This document shows, piece by piece, positions 37,266 to 49,251 of a DNA stretch of 64,000 nt (position 1 is its first letter; each line of letters starts with the position of its first letter). The DNA comes from Mobula hypostoma (taxonomy: Eukaryota). The notes under the pieces were generated by a model that did no database searches, was not told the origin of the DNA, and saw only the letters and a program-made list of their open reading frames with translations. A program made the translations under genes and the position numbers. The stretch covers positions 99,574,001 to 99,638,000 of the forward strand of contig NC_086108.1 of the NCBI RefSeq assembly GCF_963921235.1, read 5' to 3'.

Positions 37266-38404
37266 TGTTCATGTGGAGTTTTCATGGGCTTCCTCTGTGT
37301 ACTCTGGTTCCTCCCAAACATGTCAGAGATATTTTGTCTGGCTACTAAAATACCCCTGGTGGAGGTGGATGGTAGAAGAATCAGAGGGGGTTGATGGAGA
37401 TGTAGAGAATAGGTCGTAGGAGGGCTGAGTGAGGAGGATATGACTGGCGGGTGTGCTCTGAGAATTGCATTGACTCAACTAGGAATGGAGTCGTTCAGTG
37501 TTGTAAAGTGACTTGGTGCAGCCTCTTTGCCTGAAGCAGTACATAACTTTGGAATTCCCTGACTTTCAGGAGTTTTATCAAGTCAACTTTATTGTCATTT
37601 AACTATATACGTGTATACTGTCAAGTGAGACAACGTTTCTCCACACCAGGATGTAAAAGCACAGTAGTACATATAACACACAATAACTTAGTAATGATAA
37701 AATGTACACATGAATTATGCACAGATAAACAAAGTAAAGGGCATAAATTAAATATTGTAAGGTACAGAACAGATCGACTGGTGACACTTTGAATGTGATG
37801 CGGCAGCCAGTTCAGAAGACTAATGGCCTGAGGGAAGAAATCACTTCCCATTCAGACTGTTCTTGTTTTTATGCATCAGAGTCTCCTGCCTGATGGCAGA
37901 AAGTTAAAAAGGATGCCGGATGGATGGGCGGGTGGGATTTTTGATAATGCTAAGGGACATGCATATACTGTGCTCCTGATAAATGTCGTCGATAGATGAT
38001 AGGGAAACCCCTATGGTCCTCTCAGCCATTCTCACAGTCCTTTGGAGGGACTTTGGGTCAAATATTGAGCTAGATATCTGGATATCAGATTTTTATTGCC
38101 TGGTGAAACATATCATTCTTTTATGCTAATTTACATTAGATTCCTCATATTATGCTTTGTGTTATTTTATATGGTAAATTGGGCTTGACCAAACACCTTT
38201 CATTAACAGTATTTCTCTATATTCCAGTACACGCAGGTTAGCCTTCCAATTCCTTGCTTGTCAAGTGCCTTTCTACCTCTGTGTTAAAAACATTCCATGC
38301 CTCTGCTTCCATAAGACATGGAACATAGAACAGTACAGCTCTGAACAGACCCTTCAGTCCACAATGTTGTGCTGGACCAATTAAATTAATAATCAGATTT
38401 GCAG

Positions 38405-39070
38405 ACTGCAGGTTGACTCTGTGGTGAAGAAGGCAAATGTGATATTAACATTCATTTCAAGAGAACGAGAATATAAAAGGAAAGATGTAATGTTGAAACT
38501 TTATAAAACACTGGTAAGGCCTCACTTGGAGTATTGTGAGCAGTTTTGGGCCCCTTATCTTAGAAAGGATGTGCTGAAACTGGAAAGGTTTCAAAGAAGG
38601 TTCACGAAAATGATTCCAGGGTTGAATGGCTTGTCGTATGAAGAGTGTTTGATGGCTCTGGGCCTGTATTCACTGGAATTCAGAAGAATGAAGGGTGATC
38701 TCATTGAAAGCTATGGAATGGTGAAAGGCCTTGATAGAGTGGATGTGGAGAGCATGTTTCCTATAGTGTGAGAGTCTAAGACCAGAGGACACAGCCTCAG
38801 AATCGAGGGGCGTCCTTTAAGAATGGGGATAAGAAGGAATTTCTTTAGGCAGAGAGTGGTGAATTTGTGGAATTCTTTGCCATAGGCAGCTATGCAGGAC
38901 AAGTCTTTATGTATATTTAAGGCAGAAGTCAATAGATTTTTGATTGGTCAGGACATGAAGGGATACAGGGAGAAGACAGGAGATTGGGGCTGGGAGGAAA
39001 ATTGGATCAGCCATGATGAAATGGCTTGATGGGCCAAATGACCTAATTCTATTCCTACATCTTATGGTCT
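38405..39070 (+). mobile_element. CR1 3' fragment
   Basis: ORF 38421-38771: LYKTLVRPHLEYCEQFWAPYLRKD. Confidence 0.9.
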
Positions 39071-40705
39071 GAAATAGCCAACTAATCCAATCTCTTCTAC
39101 CTACAGAATGTCCATATCATTCCAGTTTCCTCACATTCATGTGCCTATCTGAACATCTCTTAAAAGTCTCTAGTGTATCTGCCTCTGTCACCATATCAGG
39201 CAGTGCATTCCAGCTACTCAACACTCCCTGTGTAAAAAAGCTTGCTCTTCATATCTCCTTTGAAATTATCCCCTCTCACCTTAAATGGATGCTCTCTGGT
39301 ATTAGGCATGTTAACCGTGGGAAAAAGATATTGTCTGACTACTCTGTCTGTGCCTCTCATAATCTTATAAACCTCTATCAGATCTCCTGTCAGCCTCTGC
39401 TGTTCCAGCAAAAGCAACCCAAATAGGAAGGAGGGATTAGTGTTCGGGTGTTTTAAGTTTACTTTTTAGCTGGTTCAGCACAACACCGTGGGCTAAACGG
39501 CCTGTTTCTGTGCTGTACTCTTCTATGTTCTATGATCTATGTTCTGTATTATTAGCCATTTCTGCTCCAGGAAAAAGTCTCTGGCTATCCACTTGATGAG
39601 TTCTTCTTATCATCTTGTGCACTTCTACGAAGTCCCTTGTGAAATAAGGGAAGCAATAATGTACACAGTACTCCAGATGTGGACTCACCAATGCCTCATA
39701 TAACTTAACTGTTTTTGTATTCAATTGTCCTCACAATAAATGACATCAACACAATAATTAATGCAAAGTGCTGGAGGAAACCCCTAAGCCAAGCATACTA
39801 CACCTTGTTTCCCTAAGACTTTGTTGTGTCTTACTGCGCCCAGCCTGAGGTTCTCATCTGCTGATGGATAATGATGCTGTCGAGGGAGATCAACGTGGCT
39901 TTAACTAAACTGAGGCCACAGAGAGTTAAAGTTAATTAACTGTGAACAATATAGTTTAACGGGAGAATTGATTATCTCTTTAAAATGATAAATACATTGA
40001 ATAACTTTAAAGAATGTAGTTTAACTTGATTTAAATAGAAAGCGCAACTCTTAAGTAAGTCATTAAATGATATTTCAGGACATTTTCCGTTTCTTAGATT
40101 ATGTCACCTTCTGGAAGGTGCTGTTACAGTTACTGAAAGTGTCTAATAAAAGCCCTCTACACCCCGCAAGCTACAATCCCAGCACATCAAGTGAACTCCT
40201 CCCGAACTCTGCTCTTGACCACAATAAACTGCAGAGAGCTGTGGACGCAGCTCAGCACAGCATAGTACTAGCTCCCACCCACTCCTCTTCATACCTGCTG
40301 CCTCAGTAAAACAGCCAACATAGCAAAAGACCATATGAATAGGACATAGGAGCAGAATTAGGCCACTTGGCACATCGAATCTGCTTTACCATTTCATCAT
40401 GGCTGATCCATTTTCTCTCTCAGCCCCGATCTTCTGCCTTCGCCCCATGTCCCTTCATGCCCTGACTAATCAAGAATCTATTGACCACTGCCTTAAATAC
40501 ACCCAGTGACTTGGCCTCCATGGCTGCCACAGATTAACCACTCTCTGGCTGAAGAAATTCCTCTTCATCTTCATTCTAAAAGGACAGCCCTCTCTATTCT
40601 GAGGCTGTGTCCTATCATCTTAGACGTGAAGACCTGTCTCAGCTCTGTCTGTGCCCCTGTGCTTGGGGAGGAAGTTTCACTCTCTCAGCTGATTGAAAAG
40701 GAATA

Positions 40706-40921
40706 AACACACTAGAGACTCTGCAGAAGCTCAAAATCTAGGGCAGCACACACAAAATGTTGAAGAAACTCAGCAGGTCAGGCAGCATCTATGCAGAGGA
40801 ATGAACAGTCGACATTTTGGACTTATTGGTGAATGATCTCAGCCCAAAATAACGACTCTTTTTTCCTTTCTGTAAATGCCGCCTGACCTGCTGAGTTCCT
40901 CCAGCACTTTGTGTGCATCGG
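40706..40921. mobile_element. Fold-back mini-element of two inverted Penelope pLTRs with a 9-bp TSD
   Basis: aactcagcaggtcaggc (left arm) pairs with gcctgacctgctgagtt (right arm); aaaggaata occurs at 40697-40705 and 40922-40930. Confidence 0.75.
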
Positions 40922-41044
40922 AAAGGAATAGACTAGCTTTAAGATGAGAGGTAAAAGATTTGAAAGGAATTATCTCTCTCTCTTTCTCTCATGAGTGTCT
41001 GTCAGCCCTCGAGTCGGAGAACTCGGCCAAACGACGCAGCAGGA

Positions 41045-41350
41045 CTTCAGTGTGCATAGCAGTCCTGCAGTGCCAGAGATTGGGGTTCAATCCCCACTGC
41101 TGTCAGTAAGGAGTTTGTATGTTCTCTTCGTAACCGTGTGGGTTTCCTCCCCATGCTCTGGTCTCCTCTCACATTCCAAAGATGTATGGTTAGTTAGTGA
41201 ATTGTGGGCATGCTATGTTGGTGCGGGAAGCACAAAGACACTCGTCGACTCTTCAGAGCAGATCCTCGAACTATGCTGGTCATTAACTCAAATGAATAAC
41301 CCACTGCATGTTTCGATGTTTAAGTGACAAATAAAGCTAATCTTTTTAAT
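41045..41350 (+). mobile_element. V-domain SINE with a Rex-like tail
   Basis: taaggagtttgtatgttctc...gtgtgggtttcctcc; tail gcatgctatgttgg...tgtttcgatg...gacaaataaagctaatct. Confidence 0.75.
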
Positions 41351-41754
41351 CTTTATCTTTCTTTAACGGCCTTATTTGGGAATGGCCGGTAATCAAGGAG
41401 CACGGTGAAGTTTATGCAATGAGTCATAGAAAAGTACAGCACAGAAGCAAGGCCTTTGGCCCATCTAGTGCATGCCTAAACCCACCAACATGCACCAGGA
41501 CCATTGTCCTCAATACCCCTGCCATCCATGTACCTATCCAAAGGTATAGGAGCTCTATTGCAGGTTTCTATACTCTATTCCCAATGCATTAGAAGCTGAG
41601 TGTCCTGTTAAAACATTACATGTCTTTTGGGACTTAACATTTAGAGGTAGGGATTCTGTTTTGCCTGGTTTTAGGGTGTTTTACTACAAGCCATAAGGTC
41701 TCAAACTAAGAGGTGCCATTTGAATTGAGTTGGGAGGGAATGTATTTATTTTAC

Positions 41755-41990
41755 TTCTTTTTACCTAACAGGTCCTTCTGGCCCGCCAAGCTTGCACCGC
41801 CCAGTTACATCCATGTGACCAATTAAACTACTAACCTTCGGAATGTGGGAGGAAACAGAAGACCCGGAGGAAACCCACATGCTCACAGGGAGAGCGTACA
41901 AACTCCTTACCGACAGCAGTGGCAATTGAACGCTGGTAACTGGCACTGTAATAACATTCTGGTAACTGCTATGCCACCGTGTTGCCCACT
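41755..41990 (-). mobile_element. V-domain SINE with CR1-type tail
   Basis: Reverse complement of the head, the V block and gggccagaaggacctgtt. Confidence 0.8.
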
Positions 41991-43034
41991 CAGAGAGCTG
42001 GGAATCTTTGGAACCGTCTACCCAAGAAAGCCGAGGAAGCTCACTGAGGAATATTCAAGACAATTTCATAGATTCTTGGATCTGAAAGGGGTGGAGGGTT
42101 AGCACAGGAATGCGGTTCTGATCATTGAATACCAGGGCAGGAGTGATGGGCCAAATAATCTATTTCAGCTTCTGTTTGAAAAAGCAAAACTAAAGCTGCA
42201 GATGCTGGAAATCTGCAATCAAACCAGAAAATGTTGGAGGAACTTAGCCAATCAGGCAGCATTATTGGAAAGTCAGAGACACCAAATTAATGCTTCAAGG
42301 AGATTACCTCTTATCTTGTGTCTACCAGATGGGTTTTCGTGGAAGATGACCAAGTCCATATTCCCAACAGAGAGTAGCTTTGCAACCACCGTACATTTTG
42401 TCAGGTTTAGGCCCTTGACATTGATTTGGAATTTTCTCATTCATAGTCCCATTTTTGAATGTATTAACACCAGTTACATTAATTTTCAAGTGATCATTTC
42501 TGCTTTGACCAGGAGTATGCTGGTCAGAGTCTGTTTGAGTCTGAGCTAACAGCATTAGCTCCCGAGGCTTTAAACCTGAAAATTCCCCTTAACAGCTGAG
42601 TTGGTTTATTGGTGACAGATATACCAAAGTCATGTCCTCCATACAGATAATTTCATTACAACAGTAAATTGTGGTTCAGATTCAGATTACTTATCACGTG
42701 AATAGTACATTTTATCATACAGTGAAAAGCATGATTTGTGTTAGCAAACAACTCACTTAAGGATGTGCTGGGGGGGAGCAGCCTGCAAGTGTAGCCACAC
42801 AATCTAGCAACAACATAGCATGCCCACAATGTTCAGCATAGCAACCCAAACAGCCATAATGACAATGACAATACCAATGACAGCACGACAAATATAGCAA
42901 AACCGGCCCTTTCCCACTATACCACCCATCCACCCACTCACACTCACAACCCCAGAGCAGGCTGTCTTCAGACCTCCAGTCCTTGGTCCCAGATTCTCAA
43001 ACATCATGCCTCATTATTAACAACATTATTATCC

Positions 43035-43720
43035 GGAGGAGGAGGAGAAGATGGCGGCGTGACGCAGCTTGCATGACCACTCCGGTGAATGATATCTGTA
43101 ATCTCTCAAGTAGGGTACCGTGCACAATTCTGATTTGATGGAGACAGATGTGAGAGTACAGAGGAACATCTGGAGAAACTTCTGAAATGTCTGCTTCGCT
43201 GCTGCTGCTGCTAATGTGTGGTCCAGAATCTCCGGAGAAGGCCCAGAATCCTCAGCTTTGCTTGTTTTGGTGGCTGGGGTGAGGTCGAAGGCACTCGGTA
43301 GAGGATGGCGCTCGGGAGGCTGTATCGGAGGGGCTGGTTGGAGGCTAGAAGTTTTTCGGATGGACGGACTCAGTGTTGGCTGTTGTCGGGTGCTTCCAAT
43401 GCATTGGTAGTTGTCGGTACCTGAAGGTTTATGGCAGGGAGTTTCTCCCTTTTGCCGCCTGCTATCGGGGACTCAGGAGTCAATCAGGACTTTGAGACTT
43501 TTTTTTTACCGTGCCCATGGTCTGCTCTTTATCAAATTATGATATTGCTTTGAACTGCTGTAACTATATGTTATAATTATATGGTTCTATCAGTGTTAGT
43601 CTTTGGTTTGTCCTGTTCTTCTGTGATATCACTTTCTGGAGGAATATTGTATCATTTCTTAATACATGCATGCATTTCTAAATGACAATAAACGAGAACT
43701 GAGAGTTCTCATAACCTAAT
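43035..43720 (+). mobile_element. ~690-bp non-coding retroposon (copy 1): GC-rich 5' end with AAGATGGCG, 3' hairpin and TAATC-type tail
   Basis: Colinear over its full length with 48359-49041. Confidence 0.8.
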
Positions 43721-43994
43721 TCAACCTTTGGGTCTCTACCTCTGGACCTGTCAAATTCTGGACTTTGACCTTCAGCTTTGTTAACCTCTGGGTATCAATT
43801 CTAGGGTTCACCGATCACGGGCTTGACTTCTGAACGGACATGGACCTCTAACCTCATTACCTCGCTCATGATTTGCACCTGTACCCAGGATTCACCAACT
43901 TGGCGATTGCTGGTCTCCTCAGCGCCTGCCAATTTAACCTTCGGGATTGCTGACCTTTGACTGTGGACCACCTGGTGTGCACTCTCGGGTTCTG

Positions 43995-45762
43995 AAGGAA
44001 GAACCTGGAGAGATTGCAGAGGCATTAACAATGATCTTTCAAGAGTTGATAGATTCTGGCATTGTACTGGATGACTGAAAAATTGCAAATATTACTCCGC
44101 TATTTAAGAAAGGTGGGGAGGCAGCAGAAGGGAAACTATAGACCTGTTAGCCTGACATCAGCGGTTGGGAAGTTGTTGGAATCAATTGTTAAGGATGAGA
44201 TTACTGAGTACCTGGAGGCACATGTCAAGATAGGCCAAAGCCAGCATGGTTTCCTGAAAGGAAAATCCTGCCTGACTAACCTACTGCAATTTTTTGAGGA
44301 AATTACAAGCAGGGTAGATAAGGGAGATGTGGTGTACTTGGATTTTCAGAAGGCCTTTGATAAGGTGCCGCACATGAGGCTGCTTAGCAAGGTAAGAGCC
44401 CATGGAACTACAGGGAAGTTACTAGCATGGCTGGAGCATTGGCTGATTAGCAGAAAACTAAGAGTGGGAATGAAGGGATCCTATTCTGACTGGCTGCCAG
44501 TTACCAGTGGAGTTCCACAAGGATCGGTGTTGGGACAGCTGCTTTTTACAATGTATATCAATGATTTGGACTATTGGATTAATGGATTTGTGGCTAAATT
44601 TTCCGATGATACAAAGATAGGTGGAGGAGTGGGTAGTGTTGAGGATGGTTAAAATGTGAAGAGGATAGAGAAAAAATGTCTGTTAAATTAAGTGAATGGC
44701 CGTGGACACGAGTGATGGAAAATCATGTTGAAAATGTGAGGTCATCCACTTTGGTGCAAAAAATGAAGAAGTATTTTTAAAAGGAGTTAAATGTATATTA
44801 TGATGATACAAAGATAGGTAGTTAGGTGGAGGAGCAAGTAGTGTTGAGGAAACAGAGAGCCTGCAGAGAGACTTAGATATTTTAGGGGAATGGACAGAGA
44901 AGTGGCAAATGAAATGCATTGTTGGAAAGTGTAATTTATTTCGTCGGTGGAAGAAATAAATGGGCAGACTATTATTTAGGTGGGGAGAGAATTCAAAATG
45001 CAGAGATGCAAAGGGACTTGGGAGTCCCTGTGCAGGGTACCCTAAAGGTTAACCTTCAGGTTGAGTTGGTGATGCAGAAGGTGAATACAATGTTGGCATT
45101 CATTTGTAGAGGTATAGAATATAAGAGCAGGGATGTGATGTTTAGGCTCTATAAGGCATTCGTGAGAACACACTTGGAGTATTGTGTGCAGTTTCGGGCT
45201 CCTTATTTTAGAAAGGATATACTGACATTGGAGAGGTTTCAGAGAAGATTCACAAGAACGCTTCACGGATTGAAAGGGTTACTATATGAAGAATGTCTGG
45301 CAGCTCTTGGGCTGTATTCCCTGGAGTTCAGGAGAATGAGGGGGGATCTCATAGAAACATTCCGAAAGTTAAAAGGCCTGAACAGATTAGATATGGCAAA
45401 GTTATTTCCCATGGTAGGGGATTCTAGAACAAGAGGGCACAACTTCAGTATTGAGGGATGTCCTTTTTAGAACTGAGATGCGGAGAAATTACTTTAGTCA
45501 GAGGGTGGTAAATCTGTGGAAATCAGAGGGTGGTAAATTTGTGGAATATTTTGCCACGAGCGGCTGTGGAGACCAAGTCATCGGGTGCATTTAAGACAGG
45601 GATAGATAGGTTCTTGGTTAGCCAGGACATCAAAGAGTATGGGGAGAAGGCAGGGGAGTGGGGATGACTGGAGGAATTGGATCAGCCCATGATTGAATGG
45701 TGGAGCAGACTCAATGGTCCGAATGGCTTACTTCTGCTTCTATATCTTATGGTGTTATGGTA
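43995..45762 (+). mobile_element. CR1-clade LINE related to 10170-11520, with an internal rearrangement at ~44645-44800
   Basis: ORFs 44062-44652 and 44919-45470 carry RT motifs; gatgatacaaagatagg occurs at both 44605 and 44802. Confidence 0.9.
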
Positions 45763-46651
45763 GTACCAGGGAAAATAATGGCAGAATGCAGAACAAAGTG
45801 TCACAGAGAAAGTGCAGTGCAGACAGTCAATATGGTGTAAGGACATGACAAAACAGATTGTGAGGTCAACAGTCCATCTTACTGTATTGGGAGGCCATTC
45901 AATATACCAGGAGGATAGAAGCTGTCTTTGAGCTGGGTGGTATGTTCTTTCAGGCTTTTGTATCTTCTGTCAGCTGGAAGAGGGGAGAAGATAGAATATC
46001 TGGAGTGGGTGGGATCGTTGATTCTGCTGGCTTTTTTACTGATGCAGCAAGTGTAGACAAAAACTGCAGAGTGAAGTCTGGTTTCCTTGACTTGCTGGGC
46101 TGTCTCCACAATGTCCTATAGTTTCTTGTGGTCTTGGCTGGAGTTGTTTCCATACAAAGCCGTGATATATTCCATGATAACTCTGAGACTTCAAGGAAAA
46201 TGCATTTTTTGTTAGTAACATTTCTTTATTTTTATACTCCAACATCTTTGCCATAAAGATCAATGTCCCATTTACTGCTCGACTGCCAATAAGTTTTCTG
46301 ATCCCTCGGTATAATATCCTATTTTATATGACTAGTTTATTGACATTTAAATCTACATAGTATGAAGACATTGAAGCCTAAAAATATTGATAAGCAAAGA
46401 GGATGTAGAGATGAATGTAATCTTCCAAAAACAAAATAAAACCTAATAAACTTCTATATAAGTAGTAAAAGATTAGCCGAAGTTTGTTAGGTCAAATCAG
46501 GAGAAAATATTTTAGGAAGATGAATGCACTGTATAACTGTGAACCACAAAGTCAGCTATTTTGGCTGGTTGAACTCGTTGTAGAGACTGTTCATCTAGCC
46601 TCAATTTAAGGCGACCAATGTACCCCATGAAGTAGAGCTGACGCATTCCAC

Positions 46652-47092
46652 ATCAGAATCAGAATCAGGTTTAATATCATCGGCACATGTCATGAAATTT
46701 GTTAACCTTGTGGCAGCTGTACAATGCAATACATGATAAAATAGAAAAAAATAAATAAGTAAATCAATTATAGTAAATATATATATATATATATATATAT
46801 GTCTGTGTGTGTGTATTAAATAGTTAAATTAAAAATAGTACAATAAAAGTGAGGTAGTATTCATGGGTTCAATGGCCATTTAGGAATCTGATGGCAGAGG
46901 GGAAGAAGCTGTTCCTGAATCGCTGAGTGTGTGCATTCAGGCTTCTGTACCTCCTACCTGATGGTAACAGTGAGAAAAGGGCATGTCCTGGGTGATGGGA
47001 GTCCTTAATGTTGGACACTGCCTTCCTCAGGCACCGCTGCATGACGATGTCTTGGATACTACAGAGGCTAGTACCCAAGAAAGAGCTGACAT
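46652..47092 (-). mobile_element. Rex1/Babar 3' end with (TCTGAT)n tail and an internal (TA)n/(TG)n microsatellite
   Basis: HPGHALFSLLPSGRRYRSL.AHTQRFRNSFFPSAIRFLN; atcagaatcagaatcagg. Confidence 0.85.
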
Positions 47093-48358
47093 TGTGTCCC
47101 AGGAATGAAGGAGTTTTGAACACTAAATTGTGTTGAAGGGGACTCTCTATGTTGAAAATGATGGTAACTTACTATGCAACAGTATATTGAAAAACTGTCT
47201 CGTTCTGCAAAAAAAAATGGGTGTGAGCATACACTCAGTGTCCACTTTATTAAGTATACTTGTATGCCTGCTCGTTATTGCGAATATCTAATCTGCCAAT
47301 CACGTGGCAGTAAATTAAGGCATTAAAGCATGCAGACGTGGTCAAGAGATTCAGTTGTAGTTTATACCAAGCATCAGAATGGGGAAGAAATGGATAGTGA
47401 TTTTGACTGTGATTTCTTTGTTTTCCATTACTACCTCTTCAGTGTCATTTTCCATTGGTTCAATATCCACTCTTGTCTCCCTTTTATTCTTTATATATCT
47501 GAAAATAACTTTTTGTATCCTTTTTATATTAATGCTTAGTTTGCTTACCTTCTTATTTCATCCTTTCTCTCTTTATGGCTTTTTACTTGTCTTTTGTTGG
47601 TTCTTAAAAGCTTCCCGATACTCTACCTCCCCACTATTTTTTCTTATATTATATGCCCTCCCTTTTGCTTTTATGTTGTCTTTGTCTTCCCTTATCAGCC
47701 ACAGTTGTGTCAGCTTCCTTTTAGAAAACTTCATTTTGGGATGTATCTTTCCTGCATTTTCCCCATGAACACCAGTCATTGCTGTTCTGCTGTCATATCT
47801 GCTAGTGTTGCCTTCCAGTCAACTTTCGCCAGCTCCTCTCTCATGCTTCTGTAATTCCCTTTATCTCACTCTAATACTGGTACATTAGATTTATCTTCTC
47901 CTTCTCAAACTGCAGGGTGAATTCTATCATACTACGTTCACAGCCTCGGCCATCCGGTGGTGTAGTGGCTTCTGCAACGGACTTCGAGGAAAATTGTCCC
48001 AGGTTTGAGTCTGTCTCGCTTGGGTCCTTGTATGCTTTCCATCCACACTGAGATGAGCATCAAGGTAGCAACTCGGCCTTGGAAAAAACAGGCAAAATGC
48101 TATCGAAATGGCAAAAAATACCTCCTGATGTGCCAAAAGTTGCGAAAGGAAACAACAATGTTCACTCTCTCCTAAGGTCTCCTTCACCTTAAGCTTCCTA
48201 ACCAAATATAGATCATTACATAACACCCAATCTAGAAATACCATTCCCATAGTGGGCTAAACCACAAGCTGCTCAAGAAAGTCATCTCATAGGCATTCTA
48301 CAATTCCCTCTCTTGGGATGCAGCAGTGAATGGATTTCTCCAATCTACCTGCATATTG

Positions 48359-49041
48359 GGAGGAGGAGAAAATGGCGGGCGCGACACAGTGCGTGTGGCC
48401 TCTCCGGTGATGAATATCTGTAATCTGTCAAGTAGGAGGCCATGCACAATTCTGACTTGATGGAGGCAGACGTGAGAGCACAGAGGGACATCTGGAGAAA
48501 CTTCTGAAATGCCTGCTTCACTGCTGCTGTTATTGTGTGATCTGAACTCTCCGGAGGGGAAGGCCCCAAATCCTTGGCTTTGCCTGCTGCTTGGCGGCTG
48601 GGGCTGGGGTTGAAGTGCTCGGCAGAGATGGTGCTCGATGCTTGGTGTCGGAGGGCTGGTAGGAAGCTTGAAGTTTTCAGACGGACTCAGAGTTGGACTG
48701 CGGTCGGGTGCTTCCAGGATGCTGCATCGGCAAGTTTGTGGCGCTGAAAGCTCATGGCAGGGAGAGTTTCTTCCTTCTACCGTCTGCGTGAGATGTTGGG
48801 TTTATCAGGACTTTGAGACTTTTTTTTACCGTGCCAATGGTCTGCTCTTATCAAATTACGGTATTGCTTTGCACTGTTGTAACTATATGTTATAATTAGG
48901 TGGTTTTTGTCAGTTTTAATCCTGGTCTGTCTTGTGTTTCTGTGATATCATACCGGAGGAACATTGTATCATTTTTTAATGCATGCATTTCTAAATGACA
49001 ATAAACGAGGACTGAGTGTCCTCATAATCTAATCTAATCTA
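48359..49041 (+). mobile_element. ~690-bp non-coding retroposon (copy 2) with TSD ATATTG
   Basis: atattg at 48353-48358 and 49042-49047; tail (TAATC)3; the host CR1 reads through as ctacctgcatattgaaatcccc. Confidence 0.85.
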
Positions 49042-49172
49042 ATATTGAAATCCCCAATAATATCGCAACATTGCCCTTTTACATGCCTGACATGCTGCTG
49101 CCAGGCGGAATGGTTTGAGTATCTCAGAAACTGATAATCTCCTGGGATTTTCATCCACAACAGTCTCTAGAG

Positions 49173-49251
49173 CGGGGGTTCCCAACCTTCTTTATGCCAT
49201 GGATCAATGCCTTTAACCAAGGGGTCTATGGACCTCAGGTTGGAACCCCTA
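49173..49251. mobile_element. 79-bp hAT (Charlie-type) MITE with an 8-bp TSD
   Basis: TIRs cgggggttcccaacc / ggttggaaccccta; TSD ctctagag (49165-49172) / ctctaaag (49252-49259). Confidence 0.85.

Noticed and set aside
46777..46814. (TA)n/(TG)n microsatellite
   Set aside because: An ordinary expansion within a Rex 3' UTR.
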